From an uncultured virus (IMG/VR IMGVR_UViG_3300044701_002219) (taxonomy: Duplodnaviria > Heunggongvirae > Uroviricota > Caudoviricetes): a DNA stretch of 64,000 nucleotides. Below are positions 17,567 through 27,600 of this stretch, in pieces; position 1 is the stretch's first letter, and every line of letters starts with the position of its first letter. Below the pieces are notes generated by a model that worked only from the letters and a program-made list of their open reading frames with translations, searched no databases and was not told the DNA's origin. The stretch lies in the IMG/VR virus record IMGVR_UViG_3300044701_002219, one strand, 5' to 3'. A program made the translations under genes and the position numbers.

Positions 17567-18151
17567 ATGTCTAAACTACAATCTTTGTACAAAGACTATG
17601 TGCAGAAAAGTAGGATGTTCCTATATCCAGCCTTGGATATAATGCGTGGAGTAAGTGTAACACCTATTCAAACTTATGCAGCATGGGAAGATATGTATGA
17701 CTTTCAGAGTAGAAAGCTAGTATGTGTTTACCATATGCGTGAGGATGAAGAGTTTAGGAATTTTGAAAGAGTGAAGCTTTTGGGTAATAAGCTGTATCAC
17801 GACTTCAGAATGACCGAAGACGACAAAGGTGTTTACATATTCGATTGTAGCAAGTTAGGTGCTGATTGGGATTTCTTTATAGAGGGTAGATACTCGAAAC
17901 TAAGTCCTGCTCTTAAGTCTAAGATCAGAAACTTTTTTAACGGTAGCAACCTTGGCTATATAGACAGTTTTCTGTTTCCTGAAAGATACTTTAAGTTATA
18001 CGCAGAGCTTTTGTCCGGTGACCGCAAGGACGAAGACAACATGCTTAAACTCTTAAAAGAAGTAGGAGAGCTATGCTCTAAGCCAGATCTAGAAAAAGAA
18101 ATATTAACAGCTAAGGTGAAATATTTGCACCTTGGCAAAAAATTAGTTTAA
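17567..18151 (+). CDS. Hypothetical protein
   Basis: 194-aa ORF in operon context. Confidence 0.75.
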   Translation: MSKLQSLYKDYVQKSRMFLYPALDIMRGVSVTPIQTYAAWEDMYDFQSRKLVCVYHMREDEEFRNFERVKLLGNKLYHDFRMTEDDKGVYIFDCSKLGADWDFFIEGRYSKLSPALKSKIRNFFNGSNLGYIDSFLFPERYFKLYAELLSGDRKDEDNMLKLLKEVGELCSKPDLEKEILTAKVKYLHLGKKLV

Positions 18152-18155
18152 TTTG
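18124..18155 (+). promoter_or_regulatory. Near-consensus Bacteroidota promoter
   Basis: TTTG (18124-18127), 20 nt, TTAATTTG (18148-18155; one mismatch), upstream of 18178. Confidence 0.5.
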
Positions 18156-18177
18156 CACAAACCAACTTTTATACACT

Positions 18178-18588
18178 ATGTCACAGAAATCGATGACGTT
18201 ATACACGTCTACCTGGGGAGAACGTAAGACGTTTCGCCTCATGCCCTTTACAGCAGATTGTCCTTATCTAGAAGGAATATTCGATGTGGAAACACAGCGC
18301 TTAGTATTTATCATGAAGGATAAGAAAGAAACTTTTCACATGCTAGCTAAGCTAGATGAACAAGGAGATCCTGTAAGACCGAAGAAGCCTAGGGTAAATC
18401 TAAAACCTTATGCTGAAGAACGTAAAACACTGGAGACATATCAAGAACATTACTATACGGAAAAAGAAGAGATAGAAAGACTAGTATCGATCATCGCGGA
18501 GAACTCTGATAGCTTTAATTTCAAACAGTATATCACAGGAGAACTGTATGTACCTGAGAAACCAAACATCAGTTTGATAACTCCGTAA
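18178..18588 (+). CDS. Hypothetical protein
   Basis: 136-aa ORF bracketed by a promoter and a terminator. Confidence 0.75.
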   Translation: MSQKSMTLYTSTWGERKTFRLMPFTADCPYLEGIFDVETQRLVFIMKDKKETFHMLAKLDEQGDPVRPKKPRVNLKPYAEERKTLETYQEHYYTEKEEIERLVSIIAENSDSFNFKQYITGELYVPEKPNISLITP

Positions 18589-18610
18589 AGTTAAAACAAC
18601 TGAGTAGAAG

Positions 18611-18639
18611 AGGCAGGAGATTATTCTCCTGCTTTTTTT
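18611..18639 (+). terminator. Intrinsic terminator
   Basis: AGGCAGGAGA-TTAT-TCTCCTGC followed by TTTTTTT. Confidence 0.8.
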
Positions 18640-18678
18640 ATCTCATAACTGGGGGAACGGCTTAACCGAACGCAGACT

Positions 18679-20595
18679 ATGACTAGACCGAAGACGCATT
18701 GGGTAATGGATTACGAAACTCTATCTAATTGTTTCGTAGCCGTATTTGAAGATTACAAAACTGATTCCAGAAAGATCTTCACAATATATGAGAAGCTGAA
18801 TCATATTAAAGAACTAATCACTTTTCTAGAAGAGAATAGGGACAACGGCGAATGGCATATCTCCTTTAATGGTTTGAGCTTTGACGCGCAGATTACCGAG
18901 TACATACTTAGAGAAAAGGATATACTTCTACAATCTAGTGGAAAAGATATCGCAGAATTCTTATATGAGAAAGCTCAGAACATAATCTCTAGGCAAGATG
19001 TCGGCGAGTTTCCGGAGTTTAGTGAAAGAGATCTACAGATAAAACAAGTAGATGTTTTTAAACTAAATCACTGGGACAATAACGCAAAGAGATCTTCTCT
19101 AAAGTGGATACAGTTTTCCACTGATTGGATGAATCTACAAGAGATGCCTATACATCATAGCACTAGTATAACTTCGTTTAAGGAGATAAACCTTATCGTA
19201 GACTATTGTATTAATGATGTAAAGTCTACTAAAAATATTATGAAGCTAAGCTCCGAGCAAATTAATCTACGGGCAACACTTACAGCGGAATATAATATCC
19301 CGTTATATAGTGCATCAGAGCCACGGATTTCTAAAGAGCTATTCTTATTATTTTTAAGTAAACGCACAGGTATCAAGAAGTATGACCTTAAACAACTTAG
19401 GACTAAGCGTGAATATATAAAGGTGAGTGATATACTCTTACCTTATATAGACTTTAAAACTCCAGAGTTCAAAGGACTATTAGAAGCATATCAGAAACTG
19501 AGGATTAATCCTAATCAGATAAAAGGTGCTTTTAAATATAAGCTTGAACACAAAGGAGTAAAAACAGAATATGGTCTCGGCGGCCTGCATGGTGCAACAA
19601 AGAGCGGGATATATCAGGCAAAAGACGGCATGATAATAATGACGTCGGACGTTACTAGTTTCTATCCTAATCTAGCCATCAGAAATAAATGGTCTCCGGC
19701 ACATCTTCCTAAGGAAGAATTCTGTGAGCTGTACGAATGGTTCTTTGAAGAAAGAAAGAAGATACCAAAGAAGGATCCTAAGAATTATGTATATAAGATT
19801 ATTCTTAATGCTACTTACGGTCTATCGATCGAACCTAACTCTTTCTTATATGATCCGCAGTTTGGTATGCAGATTACCATCAATGGTCAGATGCTACTAA
19901 GCTTACTCTATGAAATGTTATCTCTAGGAATTCCAGGATCTATACCACTGATGCAAAATACAGATGGTCTCGAGATGATGATACCTGAACAGTATAGAGA
20001 TAAATATCTAGAGATATGCTCAGAGTGGGAGAAGCTAACGCTTCTACAACTAGAACACGACGAGTATAGCAAGATGATTATTGCCGATGTAAATAACTAC
20101 ATCGCCGTGCACAAAAATGGTAAGACTAAATGTAAAGGTAGATTTGAGTTCGAAGGGCTTGCTCTACATAAGAACAAAAGTCACCTGATTATTCCTAAGG
20201 CTATCTATAACTATTTTGTAAATGACATTCCACCAGAAAAATATCTAGCAGAAAATAGAAACATCTTCGATTACTGCGCAGGTGTAAAGATTAAGGGGGA
20301 CTGGAAATTTAGACAAACATACGTGAAAGAAGGAACTTTGGGATATGAAGATTTACAAAGTACTATCCGGTATTACATCTCCAACACAGGTTGTAAGATA
20401 ATAAAAGTAAACAAAACTGATGGTAGAGAGATACAGGTAGAGTCTGGCCAGTGGATGCAGACAGTGTTTAATAAAGCAGAAAAGAAAAAATGGGAAGACT
20501 ATGATGTGAACGATGATTATTATCTAAGCTATATCTATAGAGAGATAAGTAACGTCATACCCAAAGAAAGTAATCAAACAAAACTAGAATTATGA
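18679..20595 (+). CDS. polB: Family B DNA polymerase with 3'-5' exonuclease
   Basis: Exo motifs MDYET, SFNGLSFD and YCINDV; Pol motifs SDVTSFYPN, KIILNATYG and QNTDG. Confidence 0.93.
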   Translation: MTRPKTHWVMDYETLSNCFVAVFEDYKTDSRKIFTIYEKLNHIKELITFLEENRDNGEWHISFNGLSFDAQITEYILREKDILLQSSGKDIAEFLYEKAQNIISRQDVGEFPEFSERDLQIKQVDVFKLNHWDNNAKRSSLKWIQFSTDWMNLQEMPIHHSTSITSFKEINLIVDYCINDVKSTKNIMKLSSEQINLRATLTAEYNIPLYSASEPRISKELFLLFLSKRTGIKKYDLKQLRTKREYIKVSDILLPYIDFKTPEFKGLLEAYQKLRINPNQIKGAFKYKLEHKGVKTEYGLGGLHGATKSGIYQAKDGMIIMTSDVTSFYPNLAIRNKWSPAHLPKEEFCELYEWFFEERKKIPKKDPKNYVYKIILNATYGLSIEPNSFLYDPQFGMQITINGQMLLSLLYEMLSLGIPGSIPLMQNTDGLEMMIPEQYRDKYLEICSEWEKLTLLQLEHDEYSKMIIADVNNYIAVHKNGKTKCKGRFEFEGLALHKNKSHLIIPKAIYNYFVNDIPPEKYLAENRNIFDYCAGVKIKGDWKFRQTYVKEGTLGYEDLQSTIRYYISNTGCKIIKVNKTDGREIQVESGQWMQTVFNKAEKKKWEDYDVNDDYYLSYIYREISNVIPKESNQTKLEL

Positions 20596-21191
20596 TTAAA
20601 GAAGTAACTCTCCCCGGAGATAGAATATTTAGAATAACACAAGATGATTATCCCGATAGCCCACGCGAGTGGGATAATCTAGGAACAATGGCCTGCTTTC
20701 ATAACCGCTATAGTCTAGGTGATTCTAATATACCTTTTAGTAGTGGAGAATTTGATAATTGGTTAGAGATGGAAAACCATATATGGAAAGAACTAGATGC
20801 AGCCGTTGTGCTGCCTCTATTCTTATATGACCATAGTGGTATTACCATAAGCACTAGTTCGTTCTCTTGCAGATGGGATTCTGGACAGATAGGTTTTATC
20901 TATGTAACTAAGGATACTCTTAAGAAAGAGTTTAATGTAAAACGTATTACTGAACAGATAAAAGAAAAAGCTACTAAAATTTTAGAAGGAGAAGTAGAAA
21001 CGTATGACCAGTATATCACCGGAGATGTTTACAGTTATGAGATTGTAAAAATAAACAAGTGTGAGCATGGTCATAAACACGAAGAAACAGAAGGCTCTTG
21101 CTCTGGATTCTACGGTGACGATTGGAAAAATAATGGTATCTTAGACGACTTAAGTAAAGAAGAAGCAGAAATAATTTTAGGACAACTATGA
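20592..21191 (+). CDS. Conserved phage hypothetical protein
   Basis: SPREWDNLGTM...LYDHSG...WDSGQIGFIY...CSGFYG; function unknown. Confidence 0.75.
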   Translation: MIKEVTLPGDRIFRITQDDYPDSPREWDNLGTMACFHNRYSLGDSNIPFSSGEFDNWLEMENHIWKELDAAVVLPLFLYDHSGITISTSSFSCRWDSGQIGFIYVTKDTLKKEFNVKRITEQIKEKATKILEGEVETYDQYITGDVYSYEIVKINKCEHGHKHEETEGSCSGFYGDDWKNNGILDDLSKEEAEIILGQL

Positions 21192-21565
21192 AAGAACAAC
21201 TGAAACATGTAGAAGATTTCCACAAAGCTTTTGAAGAAAGCAACGGAGAAGAACCGCAACTGGTTCATGAAGATGTGTTTATGCTAAGGTATAGACTGAT
21301 GAATGAAGAAAACAGCGAGTACTTAGATGCGTGCTGGGATGGAGACATAGTAGGTATTGCTGATGCCCTAGGTGATCAGCTCTATATATTGTGTGGGACT
21401 ATCCTGAAACACGGGTTGCAACATAAAATTGAGGAAGTCTTTAACGAGATTCAGAGATCTAACATGAGTAAGTTAGGTGAAGATGGAAAGCCTATAAGGA
21501 GAGGTGATGGAAAGATTTTGAAGGGACCAGGATACACACCTCCTGATATCGAAAAGATAATATAA
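21188..21565 (+). CDS. MazG-like / PRA-PH nucleoside triphosphate pyrophosphohydrolase
   Basis: LMNEENSEY, IADALGDQLY, EIQRSNMSK, DGKILKGPGY. Confidence 0.88.
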   Translation: MKEQLKHVEDFHKAFEESNGEEPQLVHEDVFMLRYRLMNEENSEYLDACWDGDIVGIADALGDQLYILCGTILKHGLQHKIEEVFNEIQRSNMSKLGEDGKPIRRGDGKILKGPGYTPPDIEKII

Positions 21566-21617
21566 AAAAAAAATAAGAGTTAAATCTTTTTTGATTTGGT
21601 TAAGATATAATTCTTAT

Positions 21618-21645
21618 AAGAGGGACTTCGGTCCCTCTTTTTTTT
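21618..21645 (+). terminator. Intrinsic terminator at the convergence point of the two blocks
   Basis: AAGAGGGAC-TTCG-GTCCCTCTT followed by a T-run; C(UUCG)G tetraloop. Confidence 0.88.
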
Positions 21646-21659
21646 CTCTAGTCGGTGAA

Positions 21660-24600
21660 TTAATCTTTTGGTTTCTCTTCTTTGGACTTACCTCCACCAC
21701 TACCTTGGAACTGAGGATTCTTTTTCACAGCCACAGCTGGATCAAGAGTACTTCCTGTAAGACCAATAGATTTCATAAACTCTGCTAACCACTTAGATCC
21801 TCCTTCTCTCTGCCAAGTATATGGTCCAGAATCTTTTTTGTATCTAGCACGCGGATCTCCGGTAGCTTCCATATACATAAGCTCTAGCATATCCTTATAT
21901 GTTTCTAGAGTAGGACCAAATCCAAGAGAACTTACATCTGTGAAAGTTTCGTAGTAGTTATCCAAACCAAATCCCATCCATGGAACAAAGGCTTCGTTCT
22001 CAGAACGTACCTGTAAAGCCATCATCAGTGCGTGGTTACTCATCCATCCACCTAAATCAAAAGGACGATCGCGATCTTCTTCTACCCAAGGGAAAGGTAA
22101 TGATCCAGATTTCTGACGAAGTTTTTCATAACGCTCATCATCAGCAGGATCCCATCCAAACATTGGAGCAACAACAGCTAACAACGCTATCAAAGCAATT
22201 ACTTCTATAACAGTTTTCTTCACAGAAGCTTTTTCTTCTGATGTAAGGTGAGGCCAGTTCTTACCCGCAAATTCTACAGTTCTCCATAGAACTTTTAGAG
22301 TAGTAGTATAGTATCCTTCTTGAACATCTCCTAGACCGAAGTTTACCCTTCCACGTTTTCTTCCTAGTAAAGTTCCGGAGTAACCCCATCTATTTACAAA
22401 CATAGGAATGAAGAATCTTTTTAGATAGGACATCATTCTATATGCTAGATATCTCTGCGCTTCTGGCTGATCAAACTTAGCATAGGCTCCGTTTAGATTT
22501 GCGGATACAGCATGTACTTTATTTCTAAAAGCTTTATATAATCTGTTATCTATTTTTATTTCTTTACCTTCTACAAAGCGTACTCCGGATAACTCTTGCT
22601 TAAGATCTTCTACTGGCATATTAAACTTCTTAGCTAGAGATTCCATAGTATCACCTTCCTGTATAGTATATTCTGTAGGAGTATTTCCATATCTAACATC
22701 TATACCACTCTTTAGAGTAAGCTGTCCATCGATAGATTCCCATGCATCCATGTAGCTAATCTCTTTACCATCGCGCATGATTTGTTTTTTATACATCATC
22801 GCACCGAATAGCTGTAAGGCTGCTTGATTCTCAGTCCACTGTCTGAAGTTACTAAACCAGGACAAGCTTGCTAAGTCGTGAGCAAACGTACGGGACATTC
22901 CTTCAGGAAGTTTTTTCTCTGCTCTTTCACGAATAGCATCAAAGCTATCAGCAAGCTGCATACTTAAAGGCTTTGCTCCTCTAGTATATAAGTTGTTGCT
23001 AATCTGAAACATGGTATTAGCTGCCCACATCTCACCTCTAGCCATGCTAGGAACATCAGTATCCACACCTCCAACCGCATGCAACATAGCTTGCCACTTA
23101 GCTCCAATCGCATTCTTAATAGCAGAAGGGAAGTTAAAAGCAAAGTAAGCAAATGAAGCTCGACCGAGTATCATGTTAGCTGCGTTCTGTAAGAATGGTA
23201 AGTCTTTAGTAAAGCCGGCATCAGTCTGGCCTTCAAACTCTCTTTCTATAAAGTTGTTTACAGCGGCTTGTCTAGTATATCTACCTTTTTTAGTTAGGTA
23301 GGTAATGATACCTCTATGGATAAAGTTAAACTTATTGATCTTGTCCAACTGCTTAGTTAAGTTAGCAGGATCATTTACTGTAGTCTTCAAAGCTTGAGCA
23401 ACAGGAGATATCTCTATCAACTTCTTCTGACGCTCAGCAGAAAACATATAACGCATCAAAGACTGTGTAACATCAGGAGATGTATCCGTTAGATCTAGAT
23501 CTGTAAGACCTGAGATAGGAACAGAAACAGATTCGTTATCAAACATATCCGCACGTACGAGCATTGCATCATCTTCCCAGTTATACTCTCCACCAGCTTT
23601 TTCATCTTTAGCTTTTCTAAAGAAGTTTTTAAAACGCTCTATCAAAAGCTGAAGCATAGGAGCTTTTTCATCTCCAACATCTTTAGCTATACCACGTAAA
23701 CTCTTGGTTCTCAGTACTTCTAGATTATTCTTTCTGTATCTAGGAATATCAAGATATAAACGAGATTTATATCCTAGCCCTTCCTGGTTGCGTAGGTGGT
23801 GCTCCTTCATCTTTTCTAGAACAGCAAAGTGAGCAGGATCATTCTTAGACATCTCTAGATATTCTTTATCTATGAAAGGACTATCTGCAATGTCTGTTCT
23901 AGGTAAGAAGTTACCTTGGTTATCTACGGTTTTACCAACAATACGCTCTGTTCTATACTGAGGCTTTACAACCCTAGCATAATATTTAAGAGCAGGTAAT
24001 CCTTTGATTACTTCTTCGGTACCATCTTCTTTTTTAATAGTAGTAGTTTCATAATACGCATCGCTAGTAGGTCTAACTACATTCCATGCGTATATTCTTT
24101 CCCATATTGATTTTCTAGTACCGGACTCTGTATCATATATTTCTTTACGAATATGGTTTTTCATAAACCATTTCTTAAACTCTTCGCTCTGTTCTAACAA
24201 AGGATCGATGATATAATCATCTAAGATTAGATTAGCACTAGATTTAGTAATGGTATTTGTGTTAAGCTCGTTCATCATCAGAGTAGTATTAAGCTTACTC
24301 AAATGATGATTCATAATCATAACGTAGTAATCAGTAGCCTCTTTCTTTTGTAGACCCTGGAGTTTAGCAAACAGACCAAATAGTTTTTTCTTATCTGTTT
24401 TAGATAAGCCAGAATTAGAACTCTTATCCATAAGAACATTGAATCTAACTTGCTCATCATCAGTAAGTTCTCTTTCTTTAGCATTAATGATTTCCCAATA
24501 GCTCTGATACTCTTGGGATTCTATAGGAGTTAAACCATTCAACCCGCTAAACTCATTCATAGCTTCGGTAAGCTCTTCCTGTCTAGTCTTTATAAAGTTT

Positions 24601-27600
24601 ATACCACCATCGCTAAAGTTCATACCATTAGGCTGGCCATCCTCATCTCGGTTACCGGCAACAAGATCTAAGATCTCAGTCCATATCTGTCCTATACGCT
24701 TAGCTTTCCTAGCAGAATCTGGAAGCTTATTCATGATCTTGTTGATCTCATCTAAGATCCTAGCTCTCTCTTCATAGAACTCTTTTTTAAGAACTGTTCT
24801 AGTATTCTTAGCTATCCAGTTTGCACGGTGAAAAGTATACTCATCACTAGGGTATCCATATTTTTCAGCAAGCTCTTGCTCAAACTTTTCTAGGTTGCTC
24901 TCAAAGATTCCGAATCTAGGTTTCCAATCAAAGAAAGATTCTCCTGTAGCCGGATCGATAGCAGCATTTCTGTGTTCTTTCAAACGCATAGCTACTTTGT
25001 AGTCCATGCTATTGACATCCTTCATGTTACCGTTAAGATCTACTAAAGAGTACAGCTGGTGATATTCTCTCCAAAGCTGTTCCATTCTCTCAGAGATCTC
25101 ATAGTCATCCATCATACTATTTAGAGGATTACTAATCTCCTCCATCTGTTCAAAGATCTTATCTCTACGGTATTGGGCTTCTTCTCCTACGGCATCTCCA
25201 TCAAACTTTTTAAACACCTCATCTCTAGCATAAACCTTAGGATCATACTCTTGATAGAAATAATCTCTAAGAAGTTTCTTTTTAGCAGCTATTGCAGCAA
25301 TAAGATTCTTATGGTTTTGATCAGAGTTATTCTCACTATAAAGACGCTGAGCTTCATCTATATCTCTGCGTAATCTATCTAAAGCAATCCTCCAATCTTT
25401 ATGAGCACTCTTTAAAGTATACACCTGTCTTTCTACCCAGTTACCATCTTCATCAATCTTACCTACAAGTTCTACTCTAGCTATTTTATCTATAAGTTGA
25501 TTTACATTAGACGGAGTATAGCCGGCTCTTTCTAATAAAGGCTTAAGATCAGAAGCAAAGCTGTTAAACTTTTGCATAGCGATATTCGTAACATCGGCCA
25601 TCTGATTCTTAACATATAAAGCAAAACTTCCTACAACAGGATCGGTGTTATATAAGTAACCCTCAAAGAAAGAGTTAAAGACATTAGAGTCACGGAACTC
25701 TCCGTTAAGAGCCATCTCCATTTTCTCTTTAGTAATCTGGGCGCCATCCATAGACTTCTTATTTAAAGAGTCTAACTCAAGCTTGCCCTTCTGAGTAATG
25801 GTACCAAGTCTTTGTTGAGAAAGTAAACTGTCTCTACGCTCAACTTCTTTTTCAGTAAGACCATAGTATTCCTGAGTCCAAAGTTCTATTAGATTCTGAG
25901 GAGCTTTATCTCTCTTAAGTTTTTCTATAATATTTCTATACTTCTCATCTATAGCTTTAGCCATAGGAGATATCTCGTTAAATAATGCATCACGAGCTCC
26001 TGTTTTATACATCTGCTTAGTATAAACCTCAGCATTCTTTATACCTCTTTCTATAGTACCAACAAGATTGGAAAGAGGACTAGCCTCATCAATCTGGGAT
26101 TCCTGCATGGTTCTCTGAACCTCCTGGATGTACTGACTCCAATAGCGTAGTAAGTAATCATAGTAGTACGCCTTATGCATATTGTCTATACTGTCCGTAT
26201 CTTCAGAAAGATCTTTAAGATGTTCTTTAACCTTACCAACCATGTTCTGCAGACGGAAGAGAGTACTAACCATAGCTTCTGCGTGGGCTTTCTCATACTG
26301 CAGTTTGTCACGTTTAGCTAGGATCTTATCCTCCAAAGGTTTAGCAAACTTAGATAGGTTACGCTTAATCTCATCTAGTTCCCCGCGCTTAAACTGATCA
26401 CTAAGGATATTAGCAATCTCTCGGTAGTTCTTGTTTCTAAGAACAGTATCAATCTGTTTAACAGCAATATCATAAGCCTTAACCGTAATACCAAATAACT
26501 CCGGTTTAGAAATGCGGTTGATATCCTTTACATATTGGTCAAAATCTTTTATATAAGATACAGTATCTACATTATTAGCAACAGCTTCGTTGAGTACTAC
26601 ATCTTCAGACTCTCCAAGGATAGATAACAAATCATCTATAGAAGTAACAGAGTCTAGTTTAGATACCTTAATATTCTGACCAAAGAATTTTCTAAGCATC
26701 TGCTTGATAGCATATAGCAAGTTCTTAAGAGCTTTAGCAAAACCAGTTGTAGGCTTTAGCTCAAAGTTCTTCATCTCCGCAGCCTTTGTTAAAGTTCTTA
26801 CTATCATCTCCTCAGCAAACAACGGATCAGACTCACTAAGCTCGGGGTATGCAGCTTTTACATCTCTATATAACTGCTGACCTTCTTCACTCTTTAGTAT
26901 GTCATTATAGATACTCCAAAAGGCTTTTGGGTTATCTAAGAATAAGCTTCTTACAAACGGGTGTGAGAATTCGTGAAACACGTCCTCCATAGATATGTTA
27001 TCTCCTACAAAGTATACGGTGTCTCCTACAAAGAAAGCTTTCTGTCCGGTCCACGGGTTACGAGTATTCTCTGTTATTCTCTTTGCTTCTCCAGCTGTTA
27101 CAAACTGATACTTAAAGCTCTTATTATTTAGGATAAGTTTGCCGGCCAAAGACTTTGCAAAGGCTTTTACTGTACCTACACCGTTAGAGTTGTTTATGGT
27201 TTCCTGACTTACGCTGATAGCTGGCTTAGCTGCTTCTATTCCTACAGTAGCCATAGAGCCTTCTGTAGATTGCTCAAACCCATCTATAGAACTAACCGAG
27301 TCTCCTTTTTGGAAAAGATCCTGGCTTATAGTCATCATGTTCTTTAAAAACTGGGGCACAATAAGCTTAGTTACATTACCTGAAGTATTTGTTGCCCATT
27401 TACCAAAGGTTCTTTTAAACATATCATTATAGGATCCTAGGCGCATTTCGTTTCCAGTACGCTTAGGACCACCTCCAGATATAGGAGAAAAAGTAATAGC
27501 ATCTACCGGTACGTCTTTATACATAACGTATATAGTATCTATTACTCCATTTAAAACTTTTATACTTCTGTTTTCAAAATAAGATACTGCAGATAATTCG

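Noticed and set aside
18679..20595. Self-splicing intron or intein in polB or other replication genes
   Set aside because: Motif spacing is compact and uninterrupted, and no homing endonuclease ORF was seen.
21591..21788. 65-aa TTG-start ORF at the convergence point
   Set aside because: It runs through the strong terminator and antisense into the giant gene; likely spurious.
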